A stretch of DNA of 64,000 nucleotides from Balanoglossus misakiensis (GCA_040954595.2 CM082584.2:7955919-8019918), one strand, 5' to 3'; numbered from the stretch's first letter, positions 41,801 through 55,232 are shown. Program-made: numbers and translations. Notes: a model not told the origin generated them from the letters alone.

Positions 41801-43732
41801 AGATGGTTGAAAGATTGGGGGGGAGAAGGGAAGGCGAGGGTACACTAGCCAGGGTGATAATAATTCGTTGGTTGTCTTTTCCTTAACTTTGTCGACATGG
41901 AGGGATTTCATATATTAAAATCCCATATCCAATAATGCCCATATTTGCATGGGTGCATATATGCAGTTTACCCAACCAGCCGGAAATTTTGCTAGTACGT
42001 TATTTGGCTAATTATCCCAATGATTGACGTCTACTATAGTAAATACCACAGAGTACGCACTATAATCATTACCCGACGTCGACATAAAAGATGCGTTTTC
42101 TGTTGGAGAGATTTTCTAAAACATCACAGTCTGGTAAGAATCTTAGGCGGCTAAATGGATATTGATTGTCTTTGATGCAGAAATACAGCTATCCTTTTTT
42201 TCGTATTCACAGTGTCAGTTTTCATATTTGTGTAGACATGTAATGCTGTCTGAGAGGGTAATCTATTATGACCTGCAAATGTCAAAGGGAAATTCGCTTC
42301 CCTTGTTGTTTTTCCCCAGTGGTATTGCGAGTGGCCACTGCCAAGATATACACTGTTATTTACAAACACTCTCAGAAGCATTATGCTTTTACCGCATCAA
42401 GAGTTCGGCTTATCTAACAGAAATCACTCTGACAGGGGTTCACCCCCGGTTGTTGAAAAAGTGCAGTGTTTGACATTCATTTTAGTAGGTGTCATTTTCC
42501 GCGAAGTGCGTGAAGTGAATTCATATTGCATCATGCATATGCCCTTCGCTTATAGTCAGAATGAATATTTGTCCTCGTGTTTACCAAGCACGATAAGTAA
42601 TTGCAAATACGTCCACTCTGTTGTTCCTAATAAAAACAAACTAGAAAGCCTAAGTTGATTGCATTGTGTGCAGACAATATTCAATAATGCAGGTAATTAA
42701 TGCAGAGCACTGTCATCGAAAAGCGGCCATATTACAATGCGAAGCACCGGAAGTCACCATATTTGGCAATTTGCAAACTCGTGATCAGGGAGCATGCGTC
42801 GTGTCATTGAAATAAACACCGAGGCGTTTGAACAATTATGCTGCTAAATCTGCAGACACTAAATACTAGTAAAACGTTTTCAACTGGTGGTAAAACGTTA
42901 TCATTTGCCTTCTCTCTCTTTCATAGCAGTTGTGAAATAAATACTAGTCTAAACCGGAGTAGAATACATGGAGAGTACACGCGGTTAATCCGTACACTGT
43001 TAAAGGGGCTATGGGGTCTTCTTGTTTATTTAATGACGGAATAGAAGTCGTGCGTAAGCAGCCAACGCCCACTCGGATGTATTATTTGATGGCACCCGCG
43101 GAGGACAATGTTTGCTTCGCTCTTTCAGCAGATGATACTGTACTGTTTATCGATGGGTGTAAATTTAAGTACATAAAACAAAATTGACATTGTTTTAAAG
43201 TTTAGAACAAAAAATCCCTCACCTGTCGATTATGAAGTCTACAAAGTTGTCTGGTGTGATTTCGGGTTCCACTGAGATGTCTGTGTTTAAACTATCAAGA
43301 GTGCTAACGCCTCAGTGTAAAACGTCTTGTTACCCTTGAAATTATGCACAACTTGAAGGCATTGGAAAGTATAGTTCAGTGTAATATGTTATCAAGGTAA
43401 GACGCATTTACTACCTTTACAATCATGCCTTTCCCCCCTTGATTGTAACTTACATTGACATCAGCAAACAGTAATTGACTCTGAAGGGACTTGGTGTACC
43501 ATGTTTCTCAAGGATAGATGACGACTTCGGTTTGTTAGACCGGGCAGTAAAACCCAAAGCTTAATTCCAAATTCCTGTACTTTCTATAATGGAACAGAAC
43601 ACCGCCATTGCCGAATTCAAAAGAATAAGTCCCGCCGACGGCTAGATGTTCTTGCAGTTTTAATTATCAAGTTTTAACAAGTCGTACCCTGAGGGTACAG
43701 GCACTCGATACAAAAACATGTACTTCCAAATG

Positions 43733-43785
43733 AATCAAATCAAACCAATTCAAATCAAATCAAATTTAACCAAACCAAACCAAAC
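43733..43785. repeat. Degenerate pentanucleotide repeat (AAATC/AAACC)n
   Basis: Visible run of AAATC and AAACC units. Confidence 0.75.
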
Positions 43786-46700
43786 AAAGAGGCCTTAAGC
43801 TATACCCAGGCAATCGTACAGACATTCGGTCCGCTTTGCAATCATTCAGTAACATAGAACTTCGACAACCGTAATCCCCAAGGAATTGTGCGGGAAGCGA
43901 TCAATAATGACTACCGTCCGATAAAAAGAAACGGAAGACATTGTTATTTATACTTGCTCAATACTTGCACAAGATTTTTACTTCATGTAGCCCCCTTAAA
44001 GCATTTCAGGTGAGAGTATGCGTTGTACTCACCGATTCTGCAAAGTACAAGAAAATTGATTCTACCCCTACGGCAGTAGGCGCTCAATCTTTCCAGATCA
44101 GAAATTCTAGGAAAGCTTTCCTTAATAATGCATATTTGTGTTTAAATCTACATCCTTCTCATATCAGAAATCGAATGTTTTCAATCTAATCCCCAGGGTA
44201 ATACTATGGAATTACAATATACATGAACTTTTCTTTTATAATATGGGTGTAGACGTAAATGTCCTAAGATACATAGCGGAGTTTAAGTTTTAGGTTATCG
44301 ACGGATGTTGTGAATGCAATCGCTTGAGAAAAATAGGATTACATCGCGATGACATTTGCAGCTATAATGACCTTCATTTACTGCATCCTTCATCCCATCG
44401 TGTTATCTGGCAAGGTGACATTGCTTCCGGACTTAACCGGGACTATGGTTTTATGTCACGCTACAAATAACTGTCAGTTTTCTGCAGTCCACTACCCCAT
44501 TTACACATTTGCATCCCATTAACATTTCCATTGTTCAATTTTCACACCCAACCCTTCTTTTGTTTTCTGATGCACCTGGTCCTGCACATATTTTCTACTT
44601 TGAATACCCCATGATTGTCTGTTTCTCTGTTCATTCCACGAGTGCATCTGAAGAAGGGGTGGGACTACATGTTCCCGAAAGCTCATGCTGTAATTCCAAC
44701 TGTTGATCAAAGAGTGCTACACAACTTTAATTCATATTGGACCGAAGATCAACACGGCAATACTTCGAATTATCGTTCATGAAGCAAAGCACATGTACGC
44801 ATCGCCGGCCAAACGTGGGTGTATATTACACAGCGTCACGTTTCACTCTGACGTTGAGTGCCAACACCCTGCTGCCCTCAGGCTAGGCGAACAGAGTAAA
44901 GATTCCGTCAAAACGTTAGAATGGGGTGAACTGCCTTCTAATCAACAAATGCATGCACTGGGAATGTGAATGCACAATGAAGATACATGTACAGGGGAGA
45001 TAGTTACACAATGGGAACGAATCGTGAGATTTTAAAGACTATTCGGACCTTCCAGTGTGCGTGGATCAAAAGAAGCGACACCGAACCAGCGCACTTTGAG
45101 ACCATCATGACGCGACGAACGAAAATACGTGGCATTGTGTTTTCCTATGTCAAAAATATACTGATGACGGAAAGCGAAGCGGGTGAAGTCAGACCCTAGG
45201 CAATCGTGACTAGACCTATACCCGCACCTACTTAACGTGCAGAATTTTAGCGACTCCTTGTGACAATTTTCCACGAAACTGCTGCCGAACTTCCGCCCAC
45301 ACCCTGGAAATTTCAGTTCAGTCCGGGCTTAGACTTAGGCTTATAGTATGCAAAGTACACACCTCTCAGCGTTTTAGATTTTTTTTTGTAAACGATGCCA
45401 TTTTCAAATAATACCTTTCCAGGAGGAACATTATAAGTCCAGGGTTACTTTAATTTTCCGTTCTTCGCCGACGTCCTACCCCTTAAATGCATTTAGGGCA
45501 ACACGACCATTAATTCCGAGAACACGGCCATTGTTAGTGTAATATCACGTGGCATTGCTTTCGCATCTATAATAAATTTTACCCTAACATTGCAAACACG
45601 ATATTCGTGCATTGACAAGTATTGATCACTTTCTTCCGTACCGCGTCTGTGACTTTCTTTCCCATACGTTCCTGTCGACGTTTATGGCGTTATTTTTTAC
45701 CGTGTATGCATCCTATAGCCTAAAGCACATAACAGAAAAACAAAATCACTTCGATCCCACATTACTGCGTGATTGAGAGGACGACAGAGGGTTCTAATAG
45801 ACAACCATTACAGAACCTCCATCAAATCACAATATAGTAATCCAATGCATAAATACTGGCCATGAAAAATATTTCAATAACGTATAAGTAAATTCTAAGA
45901 AAAGGTATTGCTTTCTTTTCTTTTAATCTCATCACATAATCTCGTTCGAGTAACTACATATCACCTGCAGTAAGCTCCTGTGTAAACCCTCCTGTATCGT
46001 CCGTGTATATAGTCTATTTCGATGACTTCCAACTTGACGAGCGTGTTCGTAAGTGTGCCACAGTGACATATTGCACCGTTTTATTATATTGTTTACGAGA
46101 ACAATAAGACACACGACATGCAGTCGATCCATTAACTAAAACTGCTATAAGCGAAACGTGCCACGAAGGAGTTGACCATTGTGTTCGTTTATAAAGCTTA
46201 TGAGTGGGCGAATTTAAATATGCAGATTTCATGCAGATTCGTAAGTGCTCGACAAACCCACGTAAACAGCGCATTATTATGCCCACGTAGCACTTGAAAA
46301 TAAGGCGGCCGTTTGCATTAATCTGTATAGTTATTATACATTGGCGATATAAATTATGGATATGGCATTTTATGCTCTTACAAAAGAGAAACAAGAAACG
46401 TTGTTCTCCCCTATACAATCCAGTTTGATATCCCTGGATCCCACCGGTAAAGTGTTCTAGCCGTCTTACGTTGTGCTTATTATTTTCATTCATTTGTTAG
46501 CTCCGTTACCAGCCTAGAAACTAAAAGTATACTCAATACTCGGGGATTGTAAGTTTGAATTATATATAACCAGGACAAGTCATCACAACAGGCGGCATAC
46601 ATGTATACATGAATACTTTATTGGTCGAACTTTGGTTCTATGATATAAGGAATATCTTATGAGCCTTCAATGGAATTATTCATTGGTTACATCGCCGTGC

Positions 46701-49644
46701 AATCAAATTATAACATACTCCGTACAATCTATTATCTATTATGTATGGTAACATTTCGAAAGCGCTTCTTTCGTTTCTTTTATAGCGTTTACCACCCTAC
46801 GCCTCTGCGGGGTAACTGTATTGTCAGACTTAACGATTGGTCGGGTTCATGGTTAGTATAATGGGAAAATATATACTGCATGTCAATGACCCTCCACGCG
46901 TGGACTCATCAGTACGTCATCGACAGTGCATGCAGTACTTAAACGATCTTTAATACAGTACTCATGAGGTCTGCGATGTCCATCATCACAGAAGCAAGAT
47001 GTTAAGTTGTTTTTAATTGTTTCCTTGATCAGTTGAATTCCCCATTCCCATTTCCCAGGGGAGAGACGATCGATTTATAGTCACACTATTAATTTCATCT
47101 CCAGCCTCTTAAATTTCACAAGGAAGAAAGAAAGAAAGGTTGCCATGCAGTCGTTAATCGCTGAAACTGGTGCGGGTTACATAAGATATATAATACAGTT
47201 GAGCTATACAAAGCTTCTTGCCAGTTGCCTTTACTCTTTAGAAGACAGGTTATCCCAGCCCAAGCCTTTGGGAAATTAATGGCGAACTTTAGATGCCCGT
47301 GTATCCTATATCGGCGTTTTAATCATTGACATCAGCGCGCATCATCTAATTCTACTTTATTTGCAAATACGGTTCCATGTCTCAGTGTTTTAAATTTTGT
47401 AAGCGTTTCTATTTGATATCATATTTCAGGCGGCAGAATTCTACGAATTTCAGGTCATGCAAACTTTAATAATTCGATCATCCAGCGTGAACTGTCGTGC
47501 TGTCGTTGGCAGGATTAAAGTCCTTTGGCATGCAAATAGCAAAATCTAACAAATTAAAGGACAAGACTAGAGAAGAATGACGATTTGAGAAGTTGGAATG
47601 TTGTTATTTGATCTACATATATGCAACAAGTTGGTCCAACAATTAACAATTAAGTTCCAGTTTGATGTTTATCTACGTTCAACATGTGCAGACGCAGACG
47701 ATTCTGTTTGCCCCACTAAAAGAAGATCACCTGAAATGGCCGTTAATAAAAAAAGTAACTGTGCGGGCTGTCCCTGAAAATTTATTGGAGGAGGCTTAAC
47801 ACAAAGAAATTGCTTAAGGGCTTTTAACCAGTCAGAAATAGAATATAACTTTAGTCAGACAGAAACAGAATGCAGCTATAAAGTTTTATTCACGGAACTG
47901 ATTAATCATTCTCTGGTGGTGCGTGCTAAAATTCACAGACAGATAAATCAAGTATTTGATTGAACCCCGTCAGCTACAATATCTGGTTCACACCGTACAG
48001 GGGCACGATGTAAAATGCTGTAACAATGGTGGGCTCGGAATGTTTGGTGAAATGGCACTCGGGTGACGTGCTAACTGAGCGAGAAGACGCTCTCAAACAC
48101 CGAACGATAATTATTGAAGATAACAAGCTTCAATTTATCGAATGCTAACTGTATCAGAATAAGAGGAGCGAGAAGGTTGACACTTATGCGCGTGACACCG
48201 GCAAAGGTGGAAGAGAAGCCGCCGTAAACAGATTAAACTGTTTAGTTGACAGTTTCGAAGGGGTCTCTCGGGATTTCCGTTTCAGGACAATGCAAGGGAG
48301 CTTAAACGTATATCATCAAAGGATCCGGCAGCTGCAGGCAACGACGCAAATTTCCTCTGTCGATTCACCGACTTCAGCATCGATTACAATACTCCTTCGC
48401 TCCTCAGAGTGCCACATGTTTACGTCATTCACGGTTGCAGCCGGGATGCGGCGGGGAGTCGGGTCGTGCCTTGCTGCTTTGCTCAACGAAAAGAACTTAC
48501 ATAAACGTGATTTACCTTGATTCCTATTAAACTCCTCAGATATAATGGCGCAAAAGAGCACGACCCTTGAAAAATAGGAGTAGTGATATGGCCAATAACC
48601 TTATCCGAATGTTCATTTTCAGGCTGCTATCTCCGATGTCCCCCCCCCCCAAAAAAAGCAAAACACGATGATAAATTCACGTTGTCAGCACACTCCAAGG
48701 ATCAGACCATAGGGAAATCAAATTGAGTGCGGTCAACAGGGGAAATAAACCGCCTCCGACTGATTGAAAATCAGGAATTGTTCGATCAGCCAAAACGTCG
48801 GACCCAAGGGATACGGGGATCAAAATCTGTGGAAAGGGAATGATAAGTCGCTTTAAACAGAGTGTCATTCACATATTTTTTATCTGTTGAAGTTTGAAAA
48901 CCTTCGTGATAGAATTTTAATGACCTTTATCAGTGGAACAGCAAGCGGACCCTGATTCTCGGGATTTGTACATATGGATCTTTCACCTGAAAATGAACTA
49001 AACGCTCCTATTTTGTTGTATTACGCACGTACTTAAATGCACTACCTCGAGTATCGTCCGTGCAGATTTTACATTTATGCTACGTTTACAGCAACTGCAG
49101 CTGTTTAAGTTGAACATTCGTACATGGGCATAGTGACAATGGATTACCAATGCGTGGGTTGCTAGGGAAATCCTTGCTTTGAAAAAAAAAGACACGGCAA
49201 ACGGCTTTCTAGCTAGGCTGGTGGAAACAAATTCTTGATTGTTACTGTAAATCGTTGCTTGCGTTCAGTTGCCTGAGGGTAATGAAATAAATACACCGAG
49301 CCGCACAACATGGTAATAATCCACAATTGGAGACTCTGAAAAGAAGAAATTGGGATTTAAAGCTCATAGGGGTATGCTTCAGACGGTTGTTCGCCCGAAT
49401 AGTTCCGTTTTATTGACTACTTAAAAGGCTGCCAATAAATTACGCTTGTTAGCCATAATTGCAGGCCGAGCCTGTGAAATCTTTATGGATCAGTGTATAT
49501 TTATTCGTTGACATTTGCTGATTGAACACTTGGTTATCTTTCAGACCAGAAAAATAATTGGTTTTATTGGTTCATCGCGTTACAGATCACCGAAAGTCAG
49601 GAGGTGAATATGAAATATTGCAGAGCCAATCGAAATCATCTAAA

Positions 49645-50072
49645 ATGAAGTACTCCGCCGAAGATTTGAATGTCACGTTTTATCTGCAAGAGGAAGTTTC
49701 GTATTTCAATGAATCTGACGTAATATGGAACGATACGTTGAATTTCGCCCCGCCCGGGCCGCCTCCGTTGGAAATCTTGCTGCCGGTAACCATCATCTAC
49801 TGCACGACGTTTATCGTCGGACTGGTCGGCAACGTGCTGGTGATCGTCACCATACGAAGGTGCAGGAGACTGCACAACGCCACGAACTTGTTTCTGAGAA
49901 GCCTGGCGACGGCCGATCTCATTCTGGTGGCCGTCGTCATACCTTTCCAGACGCCGACGTACTTCAGCTGGAGGTGGGAACTCGGCGAGTTCATGTGCAA
50001 AATGCTGTCCTACCTCACTCTGTTGTCAAGCTCCTGTTCCGTGTTCACGTTGGCAGTTTTGAGCATTGAGAG
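49645..50072 (+). CDS. Class A peptide-type GPCR gene 3, coding exon 1 (N-terminus, TM1-TM3)
   Basis: ATG at 49645 (MKYSAEDLNVT), with a likely upstream acceptor tctttcag ending at 49544. Sequons NVT, NES, NDT; GLVGNVLVI; SLATADL. Ends GAG AG|GTGAGT. Confidence 0.93.
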
Positions 50073-52689
50073 GTGAGTGTCGTTTATGCAGGGCAGTCAG
50101 AACATAATCGAATACTCGTTGTGATGATGAGGTCATTTAGTGTGACCATTACTGGCTAGTGAGATTTCTTTTGTTTAGGGTGACCAGGTGTTGATGAATA
50201 TTCATTTGATTGCCATGTATAAATACACGTGCTACCATGTGGTCGGGCTGCTATTTTTTCGCTGGACACTGTGCCGATAACTTCGGTGCTGGGGACTCCG
50301 TGCTGCTGTTTGGGACTATTTGCAGGCTGTTTCGTTTGACTTCAAGGTCTTCAGAAGTTGTGAGTGCATGCACACCACTCGGACCGAAACCAGACTTTCC
50401 TGTACGTCGGAAGTCTTTGACTTTACTGCATATTTGCTGCTCGTGTGCTTCACGACTGGAGTCCCAGCTGCGTATACGGAGTGCTGTGTGTGTTGCTCAG
50501 TTTGGTTCGCATTCATTGTTTTATGACCTGTGTATAAAAGGAAAACCACTGACTTCGCCCTTTCTGTCATAACAATGGTAAGAGGGAGTACCCGATTGTG
50601 AACACAAAAGATGTTTTTGAAAAAAATCATGGTGGAGAAAGGCTTATGCGCTAAATATCTGATAAATGCGTTGGTTGAAATTCGGCCCTGGAGAGTCGAA
50701 GTAATTGCCACATCAAACATTTATTCAATGAATGCCCACGCTCTTCCACATCCTGTCGTTGCCCACCCGTTCCGTTTAGTTTTTAATCCACAAGGCGGTG
50801 CATCCTCGGGCTCTTCAAGCAACTGTAGCTTGTGGTGTGGGATCTGATACGTTGCCGCCACCACCCGACGGTTCATCGTGTCTGTGACACAAAATTGTGC
50901 GAAATTGTCGCACCCGTGGGGAAACCATTAAAAAAGTTTGCAATTAAGGTTATCGGCTTTAAATATTGCAGACATGTGTATATGTACCTGACGCGGGAAT
51001 GACGTGACTAACAACGTATACATGTGATTAATATTCGATATCCATGCATTGAAAATCTCCCTCCTTTGTAATTGTTTTTCTGTGGATAAAGGTGTCCGTA
51101 TTACCTACAGGTAGACTTCGTGTTGTTGTTGTTTTAACAGGAGTGCTAGGCTGAACCACTCATTCAGACCGGGTGGGGCAAAGTAACCGAACCACGAAAT
51201 ACCGCACCGTACATAGAGTCATATGTTCAAGTTTACACGTACGACCCGAACTTGGTAAATAAGCATTAGCCTATGTCTTGCCTGGAGGAGAAGAACGCCA
51301 CTACAGATAACCCTTATCGCTGTAATTGAGGAGAACGGTTTTTCGGAAGTGATAATCCGTTCTAGGCAATCGCTCACGATGTCTCATACAGAGATATGCG
51401 TATGATTGCAAATAATGAAGACGCATTGATGGAGTGAATGGCTTTATCTGACTGAACAGATAAAATCTGCTTAATAGTAGATGTTTGTACCACCTATATA
51501 TCGTTAAGCGGTGGACCTAAATCTTCATCATATCCTAGTTTTTTGCAAATGTGATCTACTTAGCAGGTATACAAGTAACTAAACAGTAGAGACATGGGCA
51601 ACAATACCGAATTCGCCATGGGCGTATTTTGAAGGCAAACTAACTTAATTATTTGATTTTCATTTTAAAGTAACTGGTCTAAATAGGGTTCGATTAAAGT
51701 GACAGCGAGAGTTATGAGCGTGACGTCATTTTCGGGTTAGAAATTTCGTTCTCATGTTGTGCTTGGCGAAGGACGTATAACTCGGGAACCAACGAACCCA
51801 TCATGCAGGCAAAAGCCTCACTCATCCGGGGAACACATAAACCCTGTCCGCTACTATAAGCTTTCTGGAAGTCCATATATACATCTTTCCATTTCCACCG
51901 CACGATGTCTTTAATGAGAAACGCATGTATGGCTTTCGGAAAGGGCACCGGTAACATGTATAGCTACCTCAAAAATTACTATGCCCCAGGTTCAAATACG
52001 TTTAGTCTAATTGGAAATGCCATGGGAAAATTCGGAGACCTCAATTATCGGCAGGTTTCAGGGAGGATGACATCTCGGGAGAACTAAGAAAATCCTGTCA
52101 TCTGTCAAGTTCAAAAGCCGGTCACGCGAGCATTTATCTTGATTACCAGTCGGGTGCCCGGAGATGGGTTAATTAAGTAATTGCTTTTCAGTCATTAAAT
52201 AAACACGAAAACATTTTGCAACCGCGGTGCGTCATCGCACCTTCTGGAGGCGGAGAGAGAGATAATTAATTGTTCAGTGTCTCACGTTGACAGTGTTGGT
52301 TGTTTGCAACGCTGTCAGTGTTAAATGTCGATATGTGATTGGACTCAGTGTCTGTGGAAATCATCTTGCATTCTGCCTGGTTCGAATCGGACAGAATCTA
52401 ACGTATTGAAAACCCTTCAGATAGGCCCACAGCTTTGATTGAAGGTTTCTGCGTCATGAGTGTATGACTAGCACACGCTTCACCATGACGTCATTTTCTG
52501 CGTGTTTACGGACGCAGCAAATAACAAAAGTATTACACACTTTTACCGTACATCGGCGTCTGGGGTAATGGAAAATACGAAGGAGTGAACAGCTGCAAGT
52601 TTTGATACACACTGTCACTTCATACCATTTTGCTGGGCTCCCATTTTTTTCATGTAAAATCTGACAACACCGCCATATTCTCTCGGCAG

Positions 52690-52813
52690 GTATGTCGTCA
52701 TCGTCCACCCATTATTGGCTCAATCTCACATCACCACGAAGAAGACGCAAAAAGTCATCGTAGCCGTGTGGGTCGTTGCCATGGTGTTCAGTTTCCCGCC
52801 CCTGTATTATAAG
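52690..52813 (+). CDS. GPCR gene 3, coding exon 2 (ICL2, TM4)
   Basis: Acceptor tctcggcag|G TAT. Encodes YVVIVHPLLAQSHITTKKTQKVIVAVWVVAMVFSFPPLYYK. Donor AAG|GTGAGG; 124 nt. This frame is absent from the ORF track. Confidence 0.95.
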
Positions 52814-53077
52814 GTGAGGAATTGATTCGATTGGCTGCAGCCACGTTAGATTTGAAGTATACAAGGAACATTGGATGCACCCAGACGACACAAATAGTAT
52901 CAATGGCCTGTTACGGGACACTGAATTTTCAGTCATACAACAAAGTATCTATATTCAAATAATGTCTAAAACTTTAAAACTTTTGAATAATTTTGGGAAC
53001 AGTCACCCAAGCTGTTGCCTACAAAAAGGACCTGGTGCCATTTTGACAGCTTTGGACGATGTAAAATATACTTTCAG

Positions 53078-53458
53078 AGACAATTTTCCTGGGATTTTCC
53101 CGGACATTCGACGTACCACACATGCGCTACATACTGGCCAGTGGACGTGCTCGGTAAAGTCTATTCGCTGTACCTGCTCATTGGCATGTACGTGGCACCG
53201 CTGGTCGTGATGGCGTACTGCTACGCTCGAATCGTCATCGAGGTGCGGCTGGGCACTCGGCAGTCTGCGGGACTCAGGCGTCGATCGGTCAGTGACTCGG
53301 AGGGGGACTCTGACTCGAACACGGCCGCCGGCCACCACAGCTTATCCGATCCATCGAACGACGGCGCTTTCTCAGGAGGGCCCGCGGACGCTGAACGACC
53401 CCAAGCCAGAAATAGTAAAACCAAACGCGACAAACGTCAAGAACAAGATCGTAAACAG
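53078..53458 (+). CDS. GPCR gene 3, coding exon 3 (ECL2, TM5, ICL3)
   Basis: Acceptor ctttcag|AGA. Encodes RQFSWDFPGHSTYHTCATYWP...YVAPLVVMAYCYARI...RKQ. Donor CAG|GTATGG; 381 nt. Confidence 0.95.
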
Positions 53459-54342
53459 GTATGGGAATTAGCTGGGTATTGGTGTGGACATGGGGAAGTC
53501 AGTTGTCGGGGAGCCCTGGGAGATTTGAGAGCGCCTCTATACACGTGTATATCTTGCACCGCAAACAAGGACAAGGTGGATTGTAACTTCGTATTTAGTA
53601 ACCGTCAACTTTTTGGCGACGCAATATGGCACAACGCATGTGGAACAACAAACTCCGCTGTTACGTAACGAAACAATAACATGGAATCGATTATTATAAT
53701 TATGCATGTAGCTTTCAAGCATACCGAAAACAACAGGTGCGGCAGTTGAACAGAACAATGGCCACGTTTCGCGGCAACTTGTGCGGCGATGCCTGATCAT
53801 ACTGACAAGTAAATAAAGTAAAGTCAAGGTTGTGACTTCAGGAAAAAAATCCATTATCCGTTAATCACTGTAATATATATGCAAAACGTTTTGCTGTTGC
53901 AGCTGTTTTGATAATAAACGCGAAATACCCCATTTGATAAAAATAAGACTGAAAGAGAGGTTTTGGGTAATTTGCCAAGCAAATTGTTTTCGCGCTTTTA
54001 ATAACGTAAAACAGAGCAATTATTGATTGGTTCAAAGACGAACGGATATTACTTTCTTAGCTCCTTTAGGAACTACGTATTCTGTTGACAAAACAAAATA
54101 TATATCACAGAGATTCACGTGATTACTTTTAATCAATGATTGTTTGTACCGTTATATTGTGAAATTTGTGATGCTGTTATTATGACGCGCTTAATATAAT
54201 TGAAGCATTTTGATGACATAAATCACAGTGTGACTGTGCCTGTACATTGTCCATCGCGCGACAGTGCTACTTTGTTTTCTTTAAGCTTGCCTCAATTGCA
54301 AAATGTTTTTTAACTGAATGGTTTTTAATTTCAACATTTATT

Positions 54343-54398
54343 CCCCCCCCCTCTCTCTCTCTCTCTCCCCCCCCCCCCTCTCTCTCTCTCTCTCCTCT
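54343..54398 (+). repeat. C/(CT)n microsatellite forming the polypyrimidine tract of gene 3 intron 3
   Basis: 56 nt of pure C/T ending 10 nt before the exon start at 54409. Confidence 0.9.
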
Positions 54399-54408
54399 AC
54401 ACGGAAAG

Positions 54409-54747
54409 GTAATTGCAATGCTGATACTGGTCGTTGTCCTCTTCATGGTCTGCTGGGGTCCCCTCCTTTGGTTGGTTTTCCTGATCGAATTCGGATTCGT
54501 TTCCAGATTCAGCCACGTCAGGACGCTCCTCGCCATCGCCTTCAATTTGCTCTCGTACGTGAACAGCTGCCTGAATCCGATCTGTTACGCTTTGATGTCG
54601 CGCACCTTCAGGAGATCCGTGCTTTGGTCCTGTCGCAGTTGCTGCCGCCGCCGCCGAAGGTCGAAGAAGGAACAGCGCCACCAGCAAGGTGACGATGGCT
54701 TCACTCGCTCGCACACAGAGTTCTACGTTTGGGACCAATCTCGGTGA
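54409..54747 (+). CDS. GPCR gene 3, coding exon 4 (TM6, TM7, helix 8, C-tail; probable frameshift near 54646-54652)
   Basis: Acceptor acggaaag|GTA. FMVCWGP, NSCLNPICY, SRTFRR, CRSCC. The 0-frame stop is at 54745-54747 (423 aa). A paralogue-like tail runs in the +1 frame to TAA at 54758-54760. Confidence 0.9.
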   Translation, partial: VIAMLILVVVLFMVCWGPLLWLVFLIEFGFVSRFSHVRTLLAIAFNLLSYVNSCLNPICYALMSRTFRRSVLWSCRSCCRRRRRSKKEQRHQQGDDGFTRSHTEFYVWDQSR

Positions 54748-55226
54748 TGACAGAGATTAAACAAAGATCCTTTTAACTAATTCGGACAGCCCGTAATCGA
54801 ATCAGCAGCTGGTGGGTAAGCGACGGCAGGCGATAGTAAAGTGTGTGTGTTCCAGTTCCAGTATCAAGCATTCGGTCAAATCCAACGCAAATAGGTGTTT
54901 TATACCTAACCGTCTGACTGTGAACAAAAGCTATACTCCTCTTCAAACATACTTTATGTTGAATATCTTGGACGACCATTTTTCCCTTTTCTTTTTTTTT
55001 TCGTCACTAAGACTGCGAAAGTGACACCTAATTAACAATTCTTGTAAATGTGCCAAGAAACTTGTGAATTATAAGCTTACATTTGTGCACGCCTTATTTT
55101 GGGTAATATGTTGAAGTACCTTTTATTGTCGACGCTATGGCAACTGTCTACATTTTGCTCACATTATTCGATTTATCATAAAGAAATAGCAGATTTGTTA
55201 AAAAAAACATGAAGAAATTATTCTAG

Positions 55227-55232
55227 AATAAA
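55227..55232 (+). terminator. Candidate poly(A) signal for gene 3
   Basis: AATAAA about 480 bp after the stop codon, in AT-rich sequence. Confidence 0.3.

Noticed and set aside
34000-49500. Search for a linked neuropeptide precursor among the short intergenic ORFs
   Set aside because: No ORF shows a signal peptide with dibasic or G-K/R cleavage repeats; small spliced exons cannot be excluded by eye.
51855-51886. Minus-strand peptide DVYMDFQKAY resembling a CR1/L2 reverse transcriptase motif
   Set aside because: The flanking translation does not continue the RT consensus (no DxVPH); chance match or too decayed to support.
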